A DNA stretch of 38,367 nt, taken from positions 1 to 38,367 of the IMG/VR virus record IMGVR_UViG_3300030376_005298; one strand, 5' to 3'. This DNA comes from a virus (taxonomy: Duplodnaviria > Caudoviricetes). Made by a program: the position numbers and the translations under genes. Shown one piece after another: positions 6,757 through 16,767 of this stretch; position 1 is the stretch's first letter, and each line of letters starts with the position of its first letter. The notes beneath the pieces were generated by a model. That model was given only the letters and a program-made list of their open reading frames with translations, made no database searches and was not told the origin of the DNA.

Positions 6757-8972
6757 TGCACGAACAAACACTATATAAAATTGTTGAACCAGTTAAGAAG
6801 ACTACTATAAGTCGACTTAACAAAAAACGTCTATGGAAGTATGGGTATGATAAAGAAAACGATATTGTTGTTATTAGTAAAACTGGAAAAATTGGACAAG
6901 TGGTGGAGATTCAAGGTTTGCGAATTGGGCTGCCGAGTGAACCGAAATCAGTGTGTATGTTTGACAAAAACAAATGGCAAAAAGTAGATTATCCTAAAGA
7001 ATTAAGTAAATTAAAAAACATATTTGACTGGAGAAATTATCCGGAAGAAGCAAAAGAACAGTGGTACGACTATATAGACGAAGAGTTTAAACGTCGAGAA
7101 GAAGGCTTTTGGTTTTACAATAACAATAAGCCTACGTATATAACAGGTAGTCATTACATGTATTTGCAATGGAGTAAAATTGATGTTGGCGCTCCAGATT
7201 TTAGAGAAGCTAACAGATTGTTCTTTATATTTTGGGAGGCTTGTAAAGCTGATAGCAGGTGCTACGGTATGTGCTATTTAAAAAACAGACGTAGTGGTTT
7301 TTCGTTTATGAGTTCAGCTGAGACTGTTAACTTAGCTACAATATCGAGTGACTCTAGATATGGAATACTATCTAAAAGTGGTGCTGATGCTAAAAAAATG
7401 TTTACCGATAAAGTTGTACCAATATCTGTCAACTATCCGTTTTTCTTTAAACCGATACAAGACGGTATGGACCGACCTAAAAGTGAACTTGCTTATAGGG
7501 TTCCTGCAAGTAAGTTTACGCGTAGGAAAATTACTGCAAACGAAAAGCAGGAAGAGCTGGTTGGACTTGACACTACTATTGATTGGAAAAACACTGGTGA
7601 CAACAGCTATGACGGTGAAAAGCTTAACTTGCTAGTTCACGATGAAAGTGGTAAGTGGGAAAGACCTGATAATATTCTAAACAACTGGCGAGTAACTAAA
7701 ACTTGTTTAAGACTAGGTGCTCGTATAGTTGGTAAGTGTATGATGGGATCTACGAGTAACTCGTTAGATAAAGGTGGTGATAACTTTAAAAAACTATACA
7801 ATGACTCAGACGTCACAAGTAGAAATAGAAATGGACAAACAAAGTCTGGCTTATATTCTTTGTTTATGCCAATGGAATGGAACTTTGAAGGATTTATTGA
7901 CGAATACGGACAACCTACATTTAATAACCCTAGCGATGATGTATACGGACCAAACGGTGAACTAATAGATCAAGGCGTTATTAATCACTGGGAAAATGAA
8001 GTTGAAGGATTAAAGTCAGATCAGGACGCTTTAAACGAGTTTTACAGGCAGTTCCCAAGAACTGAAGAGCACGCGTTTAGAGATGAAACGAAAAATAGTA
8101 TATTTAATTTAGTTAAAATATACGAGCAGATAGATTATAATGAAGGAATAACTAGCTCTGCTGTTATTAACACTGGTAATTTTCAGTGGGCTAACGGAGT
8201 TAAAGATACCTACGTAGTATTCCACCCAAACCCGCAAGGTAGATTTAAAATATCTTGGACACCTCAACCACACCTGCAGAATAAAGTAATAATAAAAAAT
8301 GGAATTAAATATCCTGGAAACGAACACATGGGTGCCTTTGGCTGCGATAGTTATGATATTAGTGGTACTGTTGATGGTCGAGGATCCAACGGATCTCTTC
8401 ATGGATTAACTAAATTTAGCATGGAAGATTCTCCTGCTAACGCGTTTTTTTTAGAATATATAGCAAGACCACAAACCGCTGAAATGTTTTTTGAAGATGT
8501 ATTAATGGCGTTAGTATTTTATGGTATGCCAATATTAGCGGAAAACAATAAGCCAAGATTACTATATTACTTGAGACGTAGAGGTTATAGAGGTTTTAGT
8601 ATGAACAGACCAGATAGGACTTGGAATAAATTATCTGTTGCTGAAAAAGAAGTAGGTGGTATACCTAACTCTAGCGAAGATATAAAACAAGCTCATGCCG
8701 CCGCTATTGAAATGTATATCAACGATCATGTTGGTCATGTAGAAAACGGTAGGTATGGGTCAATGTATTTTAATGACACGTTGAATGATTGGGCAAAGTT
8801 TGATATAAACAGAAGAACAAAGTTTGACGCTTCTATAAGCTCTGGTCTAGCTATAATGGCTTGCAATAGACATTTATACGCGCCAAATGCTAAAGTAGAA
8901 AGACCAAAAGTGAACATAAATATTGCTAGATATAAAAACGATGGTTATTCATCGACAATAATTAAAAATTAA
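6756..8972 (+). CDS. terL: Terminase large subunit
   Basis: Walker A-like KNRRSGFS, Walker B LLVHDE, motif GST, nuclease acidic residues in GCDSYD and KFDASISSGLA. Confidence 0.9.
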   Translation: MHEQTLYKIVEPVKKTTISRLNKKRLWKYGYDKENDIVVISKTGKIGQVVEIQGLRIGLPSEPKSVCMFDKNKWQKVDYPKELSKLKNIFDWRNYPEEAKEQWYDYIDEEFKRREEGFWFYNNNKPTYITGSHYMYLQWSKIDVGAPDFREANRLFFIFWEACKADSRCYGMCYLKNRRSGFSFMSSAETVNLATISSDSRYGILSKSGADAKKMFTDKVVPISVNYPFFFKPIQDGMDRPKSELAYRVPASKFTRRKITANEKQEELVGLDTTIDWKNTGDNSYDGEKLNLLVHDESGKWERPDNILNNWRVTKTCLRLGARIVGKCMMGSTSNSLDKGGDNFKKLYNDSDVTSRNRNGQTKSGLYSLFMPMEWNFEGFIDEYGQPTFNNPSDDVYGPNGELIDQGVINHWENEVEGLKSDQDALNEFYRQFPRTEEHAFRDETKNSIFNLVKIYEQIDYNEGITSSAVINTGNFQWANGVKDTYVVFHPNPQGRFKISWTPQPHLQNKVIIKNGIKYPGNEHMGAFGCDSYDISGTVDGRGSNGSLHGLTKFSMEDSPANAFFLEYIARPQTAEMFFEDVLMALVFYGMPILAENNKPRLLYYLRRRGYRGFSMNRPDRTWNKLSVAEKEVGGIPNSSEDIKQAHAAAIEMYINDHVGHVENGRYGSMYFNDTLNDWAKFDINRRTKFDASISSGLAIMACNRHLYAPNAKVERPKVNINIARYKNDGYSSTIIKN

Positions 8973-8974
8973 AT

Positions 8975-11413
8975 ATGGCTGAATCAGTATATAAAAATTA
9001 TTTTCCAAGTCAAGCCGTTAGTGACTTAGAAAAAGTACTACCAGAATATGGTTTAAAAATAGCAAAAGCTATAGAGAAAGAGTGGTTTGAGTCGAATACT
9101 ATGGGTAACAACTATTCTAGTAGTAGATATTACAACAACAAGAATACGTTTCACAAACTAAGATTATACGCTAGAGGCGAGCAAGGTATACAAAAGTATA
9201 AAGATGAGCTTTCAGTTAATGGCGACTTAAGCTACTTAAATCTAGACTGGAAGCCTGTGCCTATCATACCTAAGTTTGTTGATATTGTTGTCAACGGCAT
9301 GAGTGAAAGAGCTTTTGACGTAAAAGCACACTCGCAAGATCCTTACGGCGTACAAAAAAGAACAGACTACATGCAGCGCATGTTAGATGAAATGCGTACA
9401 AAAGATTTCAATAAGTTCTATAAAGACACTTTTAATGTAGATTTATCCTCAGTTCCAGAAGACAAATTACCAGAAACAGAAGAAGAGCTTGAGTTACACA
9501 TGCAACTTACATATAAACAAGCCGTAGAACTAGCAGAAGAACAAGCTATAAACGTACTGCTTAAAGGCAGCAACTATGATCTTATAAGAAAAAGAGTTAA
9601 TTATGATTTAACTGTGCTAGGCATAGGAGCTGTTAAAACAAACTTTAATAGATCTGAAGGTGTAGTAGTAGAGTATGTTGATCCAGCTGATTTAGTATAC
9701 TCGTACACAGACTCACCATACTTTGAAGATATATACTATGTTGGTGAAGTTAAAGATGTACCTATTAACGAACTCGTAAAGCAGTTTCCAAATTTACAAG
9801 AAGAAGAAATAAAGAAGATATTAAACTCTAACAACCAAACTTCAGGTAGATACTCAAGAAAATATTCTTACGGTAGAGAAACAGACAGCAATAAAGTACA
9901 AGTTCTATATTTTAACTACAAAACGTACATGAATAACGTATACAAAGTTAAAGAAACCGCTACTGGTGCTATGAAAGTTATAGAGAAAGATGATACTTTT
10001 AATCCACCAGCAGAAACTCAAGTTAACTTTACAAAACTACAAAAAACAGTAGAGTGTTTGTTTGAAGGCGCTTTTATAATTGGAACTGATATGCTTATAC
10101 AGTGGCAAAAGGTTGATAACATGATGAGACCTAAAAGCGATTTTAATAAAGTAAAAATGAACTATTCTATTGTAGCGCCTCGTATGTATAATGGTCGTAT
10201 AGAAAGCTTAGTTAGTCGTATTACAGGCTTTGCCGACATGATACAGCTTACGCATTTAAAGCTACAACAAGTTATGTCAAGACTTATACCTGATGGTATT
10301 TACCTTGATGCTGATGGCTTAGCCGAAATAGATCTAGGCAACGGCACAAACTATAATCCGCAAGAGGCTTTAAATATGTTCTTCCAAACAGGTAGTGTTA
10401 TTGGTAGATCAATGAACGAGCTAGGTGAAGGTAATCCAGGCCGCGTGCCAATACAAGAAATACAAAGCGGTAATGGTGGGGCTAAAATGCAAAGTTTAAT
10501 AGGCACATACAACTATTACTTGCAGATGATTAGAGACACTACCGGACTTAATGAAGCGCGTGATGGTAGCACTCCAGCAAAAGACGCTTTAGTTGGTGTT
10601 CAAAAGTTAGCGGCCGCAAATAGTAACACGGCTACAAGACATATATTACAAGCTGGATTATTCTTAACTAAGTCTGTAGCTGAAGGTTTATCACTTAGAA
10701 TATCTGACATCATAGAGTACTCGCCTACAAAAGAAGCGTTTATTCAAGCTATAGGAGCTCACAACGTAGGTACGCTTGAAGAGATGGCTAATCTACACTT
10801 GTATGATTTTGGTATATTTATAGAGCTTGCTCCAGACGAAGAAGAAAAACAATTACTTGAGAACAATATACAACAAGCGTTGCAGCAGAATAGTATAGAT
10901 TTATCTGACGCTATAGATTTACGTGAAATTAAAAATGTTAGATTAGCTAATCAAATGCTAAAGATTAGGCGTAAGAAAAAGCTTGACGATGATCAAAAAC
11001 GTCAACAAGAAAACATAAAAGCACAGTCACAGGCTAATGCTGAAGCTCAGCAAGTCGCTGCTCAAGCAGAAGTACAAAAACAACAAGCTATGACGCAGAT
11101 GAATGCCCAGCTTGAACAAATAAGAACTCAGTCTAAAACTCAAATAATAACTCACGAAGCTAATGTTAAAAAAGAACTTATGGATCATGAGTTTCAAATT
11201 AACATGCGATTAAAGCAAATGGACTTACAGTCTATTAACGGTAAAGAAAAACAAAAAGAAGATCGTAAAGACGAAAGAACTAGAATACAAGCTAGCCAAC
11301 AAAGCGAGCTTATAGACCAAAGAAAAACAGGTGCACCACCTAAAAAGTTTGAGTCATCAGGTAATGATATACTTGGGGGTGGCATGGGACTAGGTGGTTT
11401 TGACCCTAGATAA
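8975..11413 (+). CDS. Portal protein
   Basis: 812 aa directly after TerL; PIIPKFVDIVV and GLNEARDG segments; long Gln-rich C-terminal coiled coil as in podovirus portal barrels. Confidence 0.82.
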   Translation: MAESVYKNYFPSQAVSDLEKVLPEYGLKIAKAIEKEWFESNTMGNNYSSSRYYNNKNTFHKLRLYARGEQGIQKYKDELSVNGDLSYLNLDWKPVPIIPKFVDIVVNGMSERAFDVKAHSQDPYGVQKRTDYMQRMLDEMRTKDFNKFYKDTFNVDLSSVPEDKLPETEEELELHMQLTYKQAVELAEEQAINVLLKGSNYDLIRKRVNYDLTVLGIGAVKTNFNRSEGVVVEYVDPADLVYSYTDSPYFEDIYYVGEVKDVPINELVKQFPNLQEEEIKKILNSNNQTSGRYSRKYSYGRETDSNKVQVLYFNYKTYMNNVYKVKETATGAMKVIEKDDTFNPPAETQVNFTKLQKTVECLFEGAFIIGTDMLIQWQKVDNMMRPKSDFNKVKMNYSIVAPRMYNGRIESLVSRITGFADMIQLTHLKLQQVMSRLIPDGIYLDADGLAEIDLGNGTNYNPQEALNMFFQTGSVIGRSMNELGEGNPGRVPIQEIQSGNGGAKMQSLIGTYNYYLQMIRDTTGLNEARDGSTPAKDALVGVQKLAAANSNTATRHILQAGLFLTKSVAEGLSLRISDIIEYSPTKEAFIQAIGAHNVGTLEEMANLHLYDFGIFIELAPDEEEKQLLENNIQQALQQNSIDLSDAIDLREIKNVRLANQMLKIRRKKKLDDDQKRQQENIKAQSQANAEAQQVAAQAEVQKQQAMTQMNAQLEQIRTQSKTQIITHEANVKKELMDHEFQINMRLKQMDLQSINGKEKQKEDRKDERTRIQASQQSELIDQRKTGAPPKKFESSGNDILGGGMGLGGFDPR

Positions 11414-11435
11414 CTATTAACTTATATTATATATT

Positions 11436-12605
11436 ATGGAAGAAAACGAAAACGTTGAAGAAGTTCAAGGCGTAGAGCCTAACGAAGAACAAGTGGAGCA
11501 GCCACAAGAAGAAGTAGTAGAGCAAGAGTCGCCAGTGTCTTATAGAGATGATGGTACTATTGTTCTTGATATGAATAAAATAAACGAATTAGAAAATGCC
11601 GTTCAGGAGCAAAACGCAGATGAGGTATCTGTTCGCGACCAATCCGGAGTTAGCGAAGAAGTACGCGAAGAAAACATCGAAGCAACAAATGAAGAAGTTG
11701 CCGAGCAAAGTGTCCAAGAAGAAGTAAATGATACTGTAGATGCAGCAAACGCGGCTATAGGGCAATCAGCTGCTACTGGTCAGGCATTACCAGAAAATAT
11801 ACAAAAGCTAGTTGACTTTGTAAACGATACTGGCGGAAGCGTAGAAGATTATGTTAGATTAAACCGTAACTACGAAGAAATGGATAATTTAACAGCGCTT
11901 GACGAATATTATAGAACAACTAAACCTCACTTAGATGCTGAGGAACGACAATTTCTTATGGAAGAAAACTTTAAGTTTGACGAAGAAGTTGAAGAAGAAA
12001 GAGAGATACGTAAAAAGAAAATAGCCTTAAAAGAGCAGGTTGCGGAGGCTAAAGCCTATTTAGACGGGCAAAAGTCTAAGTATTATGACGAGATTAAAGC
12101 AGGGTCAAATCTTACTGCCGAGCAGCAAGAGGCGATACAGTTCTTTAATCAGTATAACGAAGAAACGGAAGCGCAGGAGCAATTAGCGAAAGAACGTTCT
12201 AATTATTTTATCAACGAAACTAATCAAGTTTTAAACGACAATTTCAAAGGTTTTGAATACAATGTTGATGGTAAAAAATTAAATGTTAAAGTACCTAATC
12301 CAAGTGAAGTTGCGAGAAAACAAAGTGACATTAATAATTTTATCAATAAGTTTTTAAACAAAGATAATACTATTAAAGACATTGAAGGTTATCACAAAGC
12401 TTTATATGCTGCTATGAATCCAGACGTTATCGCTAGACACTTTTACGAACAAGGTAAAGCTGATGCTATACAAAACTCTGTTGCTAATGCAAAAAATGTA
12501 AACATGGATGCTAGACAGTCTTTTGGTAACGAAAGCACAAGTGGAATCAAGGTAAGAGTATTGGGTGATGATACACCTTCGTTTAAATTTAAAAAAAGAA
12601 ATTAA
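11436..12605 (+). CDS. Capsid scaffolding/assembly protein
   Basis: Very acidic N-terminus and helical body; lies between portal and major capsid genes. Confidence 0.7.
   Translation: MEENENVEEVQGVEPNEEQVEQPQEEVVEQESPVSYRDDGTIVLDMNKINELENAVQEQNADEVSVRDQSGVSEEVREENIEATNEEVAEQSVQEEVNDTVDAANAAIGQSAATGQALPENIQKLVDFVNDTGGSVEDYVRLNRNYEEMDNLTALDEYYRTTKPHLDAEERQFLMEENFKFDEEVEEEREIRKKKIALKEQVAEAKAYLDGQKSKYYDEIKAGSNLTAEQQEAIQFFNQYNEETEAQEQLAKERSNYFINETNQVLNDNFKGFEYNVDGKKLNVKVPNPSEVARKQSDINNFINKFLNKDNTIKDIEGYHKALYAAMNPDVIARHFYEQGKADAIQNSVANAKNVNMDARQSFGNESTSGIKVRVLGDDTPSFKFKKRN
11596..11727 (+). CDS. Nested 43-aa basic protein in the +1 frame of the scaffold gene
   Basis: MPFRSKTQMRYLFATNPELAKKYAKKTSKQQMKKLPSKVSKKK*; A-rich leader; locally raised C/G content suggests dual coding. 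Confidence 0.6.
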   Translation: MPFRSKTQMRYLFATNPELAKKYAKKTSKQQMKKLPSKVSKKK

Positions 12606-12625
12606 CAACTTAAAAATTATTTATT

Positions 12626-14149
12626 ATGGCAATTAATCCAGGTGGTAGTTTGAACAGTGTGCCTGCTCCACAGAGACAGGCTTTAGCTTCAAACTACTTA
12701 GATTTTACTGCGTCTGGCACAAACTGGTCGCAACAATACCTGCCCGATCTAATGGAAAAAGAAGCTGAAGTATTTGGTCCTCGTACCATCTCAGGCTTTT
12801 TATCTAAAATCGGAGCAGAAGAGGCTATGACTTCTGATCAAGTTATATGGTCTGAGCAAGGTAGATTACACTTATCTTACAAAGCTGAAATTAAAAGTTC
12901 AACTACTATTCAGATTCAGTCAGATATTGACGGAAACAACGAAGATACTACTAACGGTATTTCAGGCTCTGGAGCTAGTATTCCATTGCACGGTATTAGA
13001 GTTAACGACACTATTATAGTAGCTACATCCGCTGGTGTATGCAAGGCTATGGTAACTGCTTTTGATGGATCAGATCTAGATTTACTTACTGTAGCTCCTT
13101 ACGATGCTGCTAACATGTCTGGAACTGCAGGTTCTTCAACAGCTGCTTTAGGCGCTACTGTATTAGTTTATGGTTCTGAGTACGGTAAAGGATCTCAGTA
13201 TTTTACTAATGCTGCTGCTCCAGCTAGCACTGATTCAAGAGGTGCTAACGAGCCTGACTTTAAAACTTTTACTAACAAGCCAATCATCATGAAGGATTAC
13301 TACGAAGTATCTGGATCTGATACATCTCGTATCGGTTGGGTTGAGATCACTGGTGAAGAAGGACAGTCAGGGTACTTATGGTACTTAAAAGCTGAATCTG
13401 ATACTAGAGCTCGTTTCAACGACTACTTAGAGATGTCTATGTTAGAGGCTGAGCTAAACGCTGCTGCTTCTACTTTAGATGGAAACTCTCTTATTAGTGG
13501 TTCTAACTCTGGTGCTAATCAAGTTGGTACTGAAGGTTTATTCGCTGCTATTGAGTCAAGAGGTAACATTACTACTGGTGTAACCGGTGTTAATGCCGCT
13601 ACTGACTTAGCTGAGTTCGATGCAATACTTGCTGAATTTGACAAGCAAGGTGCTATTGAAGAAAACATGTTATTCGTTAATCGTGCTACATCTTTAGCAT
13701 TTGACGATATGTTAGCTTCAATGAATTCTTACGGAGCTGGCGGTACATCTTACGGTGTATTTGAGAACGACGAAGATATGGCTTTAAACTTAGGTTTCTC
13801 TGGATTCAGAAGAGGTTCTTATGACTTCTACAAGTCTGACTTCCGTTACCTAAACGACAAAGCTACTCGTGGTGGTATTAACGATGCGGCTGGTGCTAAT
13901 GCTATCCGTGGAGTCATTATTCCTGCTGGTACTTCAACTGTATACGATCAGCAATTAGGAAAGAACCTTAAGCGTCCTTTCTTACACGTTCGATACAGAG
14001 CTTCTCAAACAGATGATCGTAGAATGAAGACTTGGACTACTGGTTCAGTTGGCGCTTCTACATCTGCTTTAGATGCAATGCAAATTCACTTCTTATCTGA
14101 AAGATGTTTGATCACTCAAGGTGCAAACAACTTTATGTTAATGAAGTAA
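12626..14149 (+). CDS. Major capsid protein
   Basis: 507 aa after the scaffold; strongly biased GCT/GGT/ACT/TTC/AAC codons typical of high expression; followed by a terminator. Confidence 0.85.
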   Translation: MAINPGGSLNSVPAPQRQALASNYLDFTASGTNWSQQYLPDLMEKEAEVFGPRTISGFLSKIGAEEAMTSDQVIWSEQGRLHLSYKAEIKSSTTIQIQSDIDGNNEDTTNGISGSGASIPLHGIRVNDTIIVATSAGVCKAMVTAFDGSDLDLLTVAPYDAANMSGTAGSSTAALGATVLVYGSEYGKGSQYFTNAAAPASTDSRGANEPDFKTFTNKPIIMKDYYEVSGSDTSRIGWVEITGEEGQSGYLWYLKAESDTRARFNDYLEMSMLEAELNAAASTLDGNSLISGSNSGANQVGTEGLFAAIESRGNITTGVTGVNAATDLAEFDAILAEFDKQGAIEENMLFVNRATSLAFDDMLASMNSYGAGGTSYGVFENDEDMALNLGFSGFRRGSYDFYKSDFRYLNDKATRGGINDAAGANAIRGVIIPAGTSTVYDQQLGKNLKRPFLHVRYRASQTDDRRMKTWTTGSVGASTSALDAMQIHFLSERCLITQGANNFMLMK

Positions 14150-14160
14150 ATCACTTTAAG

Positions 14161-14191
14161 CTACCCTGCCTTTGGGTGGGGTAGTTTTTTT
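14161..14191 (+). terminator. Intrinsic (Rho-independent) terminator after the capsid gene
   Basis: Stem CTACCCTGCC/GGTGGGGTAG (two G-U pairs), loop TTTG, then seven T. Confidence 0.88.
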
Positions 14192-14214
14192 ATTAATTTT
14201 TATTATATTATATT

Positions 14215-15054
14215 ATGGCAAAGAAACAAGCCGCAGCAAAAGCTGCACCAAAAGTTGAAGTAGCACAGCCGGAAGTTAAAGCTACAAATAAAATGGTTGA
14301 AGTAGTTATTGAAAAGCCTCAACCTAAAAAACCTGAGTGGGAAATAAAAGATAGAGTTTACTATTTAAAGGGTAAGAAAAAGCCTTTATCGCACATGATT
14401 AGATCAACTAATATATATTGGTTTGACGAAGAAAAAGGTTTTGAAAGAGAGCTTAAGTATTGTAAAAATCAACAAACGTGTTTTGTAGATGAAATGAAAG
14501 GCGATCAAAGACTTTCTCACATTATATTTAGAAGTGGAGCTTTATTTGTTCCAAAAGAACAAACAGTTTTACAAAAACTTTTATCTATATATCACCCGCA
14601 CAAAGATAATATATATTACGAACACAAACCTGTTGAAATTGCAGAAAATCAATTAGATTGGTTAGAGTTTGAAGTACAAGCGTTGATGATAGCTAGAGAA
14701 ATGGATATTGATATGGCTGAAGCTATTATGAGGGTAGAAAGAGGATCTGAAGTAAATAATTTGAGTTCTAAGGAGCTTAAACGAGATTTATTACTGTTTG
14801 CTAAGAGAAGTCCTAGATTGTTCTTAGAACTCACTACAGATGATAATGTACAGCTTAGAAACTTTGGTATTAAAGCTGTAGAAGCTAACATAATAAAACT
14901 ATCAAGCGATCAACGTTATTTTACGTGGGCGTCTAATGATAGAAAAATTATGACTGTACCATTTGATGAGCACCCATACTCTGCGTTAGCCGCTTGGTTT
15001 AAAACAGATGAAGGCATGGAGATTTACTCCAACATTGAGAAACGATTAAATTAA
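14215..15054 (+). CDS. Hypothetical protein downstream of the capsid gene
   Basis: 279 aa; Lys/Pro/Ala-rich N-terminal tail followed by a globular region. Confidence 0.8.
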   Translation: MAKKQAAAKAAPKVEVAQPEVKATNKMVEVVIEKPQPKKPEWEIKDRVYYLKGKKKPLSHMIRSTNIYWFDEEKGFERELKYCKNQQTCFVDEMKGDQRLSHIIFRSGALFVPKEQTVLQKLLSIYHPHKDNIYYEHKPVEIAENQLDWLEFEVQALMIAREMDIDMAEAIMRVERGSEVNNLSSKELKRDLLLFAKRSPRLFLELTTDDNVQLRNFGIKAVEANIIKLSSDQRYFTWASNDRKIMTVPFDEHPYSALAAWFKTDEGMEIYSNIEKRLN

Positions 15055-15065
15055 TCACATAGTAG

Positions 15066-15091
15066 AGCAGCCACTCTACGGGGTGGTTGCT
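15066..15091 (+). promoter_or_regulatory. Stable intergenic RNA hairpin with cUACGg tetraloop
   Basis: AGCAGCCACTC-TACG-GGGTGGTTGCT; 11-bp stem with two G-U pairs; no long U tract. Confidence 0.7.
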
Positions 15092-15110
15092 TAACTATAA
15101 AAATATAACA

Positions 15111-15863
15111 ATGGCAGTAAGTATAGACACAGTATATCAAAAAGTTTTAGCGATAGCTAACAAAGAGCAAAGAGGCTATATTACGCCGATAGAATTTAAC
15201 TTATTCGCAGAGCAAGCTCAGTTAGATATATTTGAAAACTACTTTGCAGATTTAGATAAAGCACAATTAACTAAAGGTGTATCTACAGAATATGGTGATA
15301 TGGTAGATACGTTAGCTTCTAAAATAGCACCGTTTCAAAAGTTTAGTGTTGACATGTCTGCTATAGCAAATACGAACGAAGTAACGCTTCCGACGTCTAC
15401 AGCTGTACATAGATTAGGTACAGTTTTTTACGAAAAAAGTTCAGATAATTTTGTTGAAGTGGAGCGCGTAGAGATAAATGATCTCCGCATGATGCAGCAA
15501 ACAGGTTTATTTAAGCCTAGCGCTAATAGACCAGTGTACGTTTACAAGACTAACGCTGTATTAAAAATATTTCCTTCTTCAAATACTCCTAGCTATGCTA
15601 CTTCTAATATATCATGTAATTATATAGCTAAACCTACTACGCCTTATTGGAACTACGTAGTGGTACCTCAGTCTGCGGGTGGTAATGAATACCCTCTGCA
15701 TGATTCAACTAATACCGTAAACTTTGAACTACACCCATCTGAAGAAGATACATTAGTATTTAAAATACTAGAGCTTGCTGGCATACTACTTAACAAACCA
15801 GGTCTAGTAGGCATAGCCGCAGGTAAAGATAAAGACAATAGAAACGTACAAGTAGCACAATAA
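15111..15863 (+). CDS. Probable head-tail adaptor / tail ring protein
   Basis: ATG 15111 preferred over TTG 15087, which lies inside the hairpin. N-terminal helices (EFNLFAEQAQLDIF), beta core, YIAKP motif and a C-terminal helix fit adaptor-type proteins. Confidence 0.6.
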   Translation: MAVSIDTVYQKVLAIANKEQRGYITPIEFNLFAEQAQLDIFENYFADLDKAQLTKGVSTEYGDMVDTLASKIAPFQKFSVDMSAIANTNEVTLPTSTAVHRLGTVFYEKSSDNFVEVERVEINDLRMMQQTGLFKPSANRPVYVYKTNAVLKIFPSSNTPSYATSNISCNYIAKPTTPYWNYVVVPQSAGGNEYPLHDSTNTVNFELHPSEEDTLVFKILELAGILLNKPGLVGIAAGKDKDNRNVQVAQ

Positions 15864-15864
15864 T

Positions 15865-16764
15865 ATGGGATTATTTGAAGGAACAACAGGAAACTATTAC
15901 GAAGGACCAGATAATAGTTTTAACAGTGGCGATGAAGATTATGGTAATTATCAGTTTACTTCATTAGAGCATGTTATAAATCAATTCATATTAGCGTACG
16001 TTGGTGAAGAAAAACTAATAAGTAAAATAAGAAGAGCTGATGTAGCTTTTCACGCTCAAAGAGCACTGCAAGAATTTAGCTTTGATGTTTTTAAATCTAC
16101 TAAAGCTCAAGAAATAGAAGTACCTGCAACCCTGCAAATGGTGTTACCACACGACTATGTTAACTACGTTAAGCTATCGTTTTCTGACGGCGCCGGAATT
16201 AAAAGAGTAATAACCCCAACTAGACTTAGTAGTAATCCAAACGCTGTAACTCAAGGGACCGATGGTAGCTACACGCTTAACACTGACGAAATACAAACGT
16301 CAGATTCTGATACTTGGTCTAAATACAAAGGATCAAGTCCTGCAGAAAATCAAACCGCTAATTACGATTATGACGACGACATATACAATGATATTGTTGG
16401 TCAACGTTACGGTATAGAGCCGAGTGAAGCTCAAGTAAACGGTAGTTTTTATATTGACGATAAAAAAGGTAAAATACACTTCAGCTCTAACCTGTCTGGT
16501 AAAACAGTTATATTAGATTATATTAGCGATAGCTTAGGTACAGATGCTGAAATGAAAGTTCATAAGTTTGCTGAAGAAGCAATGTACAAAAATATAGCGT
16601 ATGCTATATTGACTACCAGAGCTAATATACCTGAGTTTATAATACAAAGATTTAGACGTGAAGCTTTTGCTACAAAAAGAACTGCTAAGCTTAGATTATC
16701 GAATATTAAGCTACAAGAAATAGTACAACAATTAAGAGGTAAAGCTAAACATATAAAACACTAA
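15865..16764 (+). CDS. Probable second tail ring / tubular protein
   Basis: LPHDYVNYVKL and VILDYISD motifs with the same helix-beta-helix layout; position between adaptor and nozzle genes. Confidence 0.58.
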   Translation: MGLFEGTTGNYYEGPDNSFNSGDEDYGNYQFTSLEHVINQFILAYVGEEKLISKIRRADVAFHAQRALQEFSFDVFKSTKAQEIEVPATLQMVLPHDYVNYVKLSFSDGAGIKRVITPTRLSSNPNAVTQGTDGSYTLNTDEIQTSDSDTWSKYKGSSPAENQTANYDYDDDIYNDIVGQRYGIEPSEAQVNGSFYIDDKKGKIHFSSNLSGKTVILDYISDSLGTDAEMKVHKFAEEAMYKNIAYAILTTRANIPEFIIQRFRREAFATKRTAKLRLSNIKLQEIVQQLRGKAKHIKH

Positions 16765-16767
16765 TAC

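Noticed and set aside
7348-7965. Two +1 frame ORFs inside terL (7348-7635 and 7774-7965)
   Set aside because: Leu/Met/Lys-rich translations typical of shadow frames, over the conserved ATPase core, with no distinctive motif.
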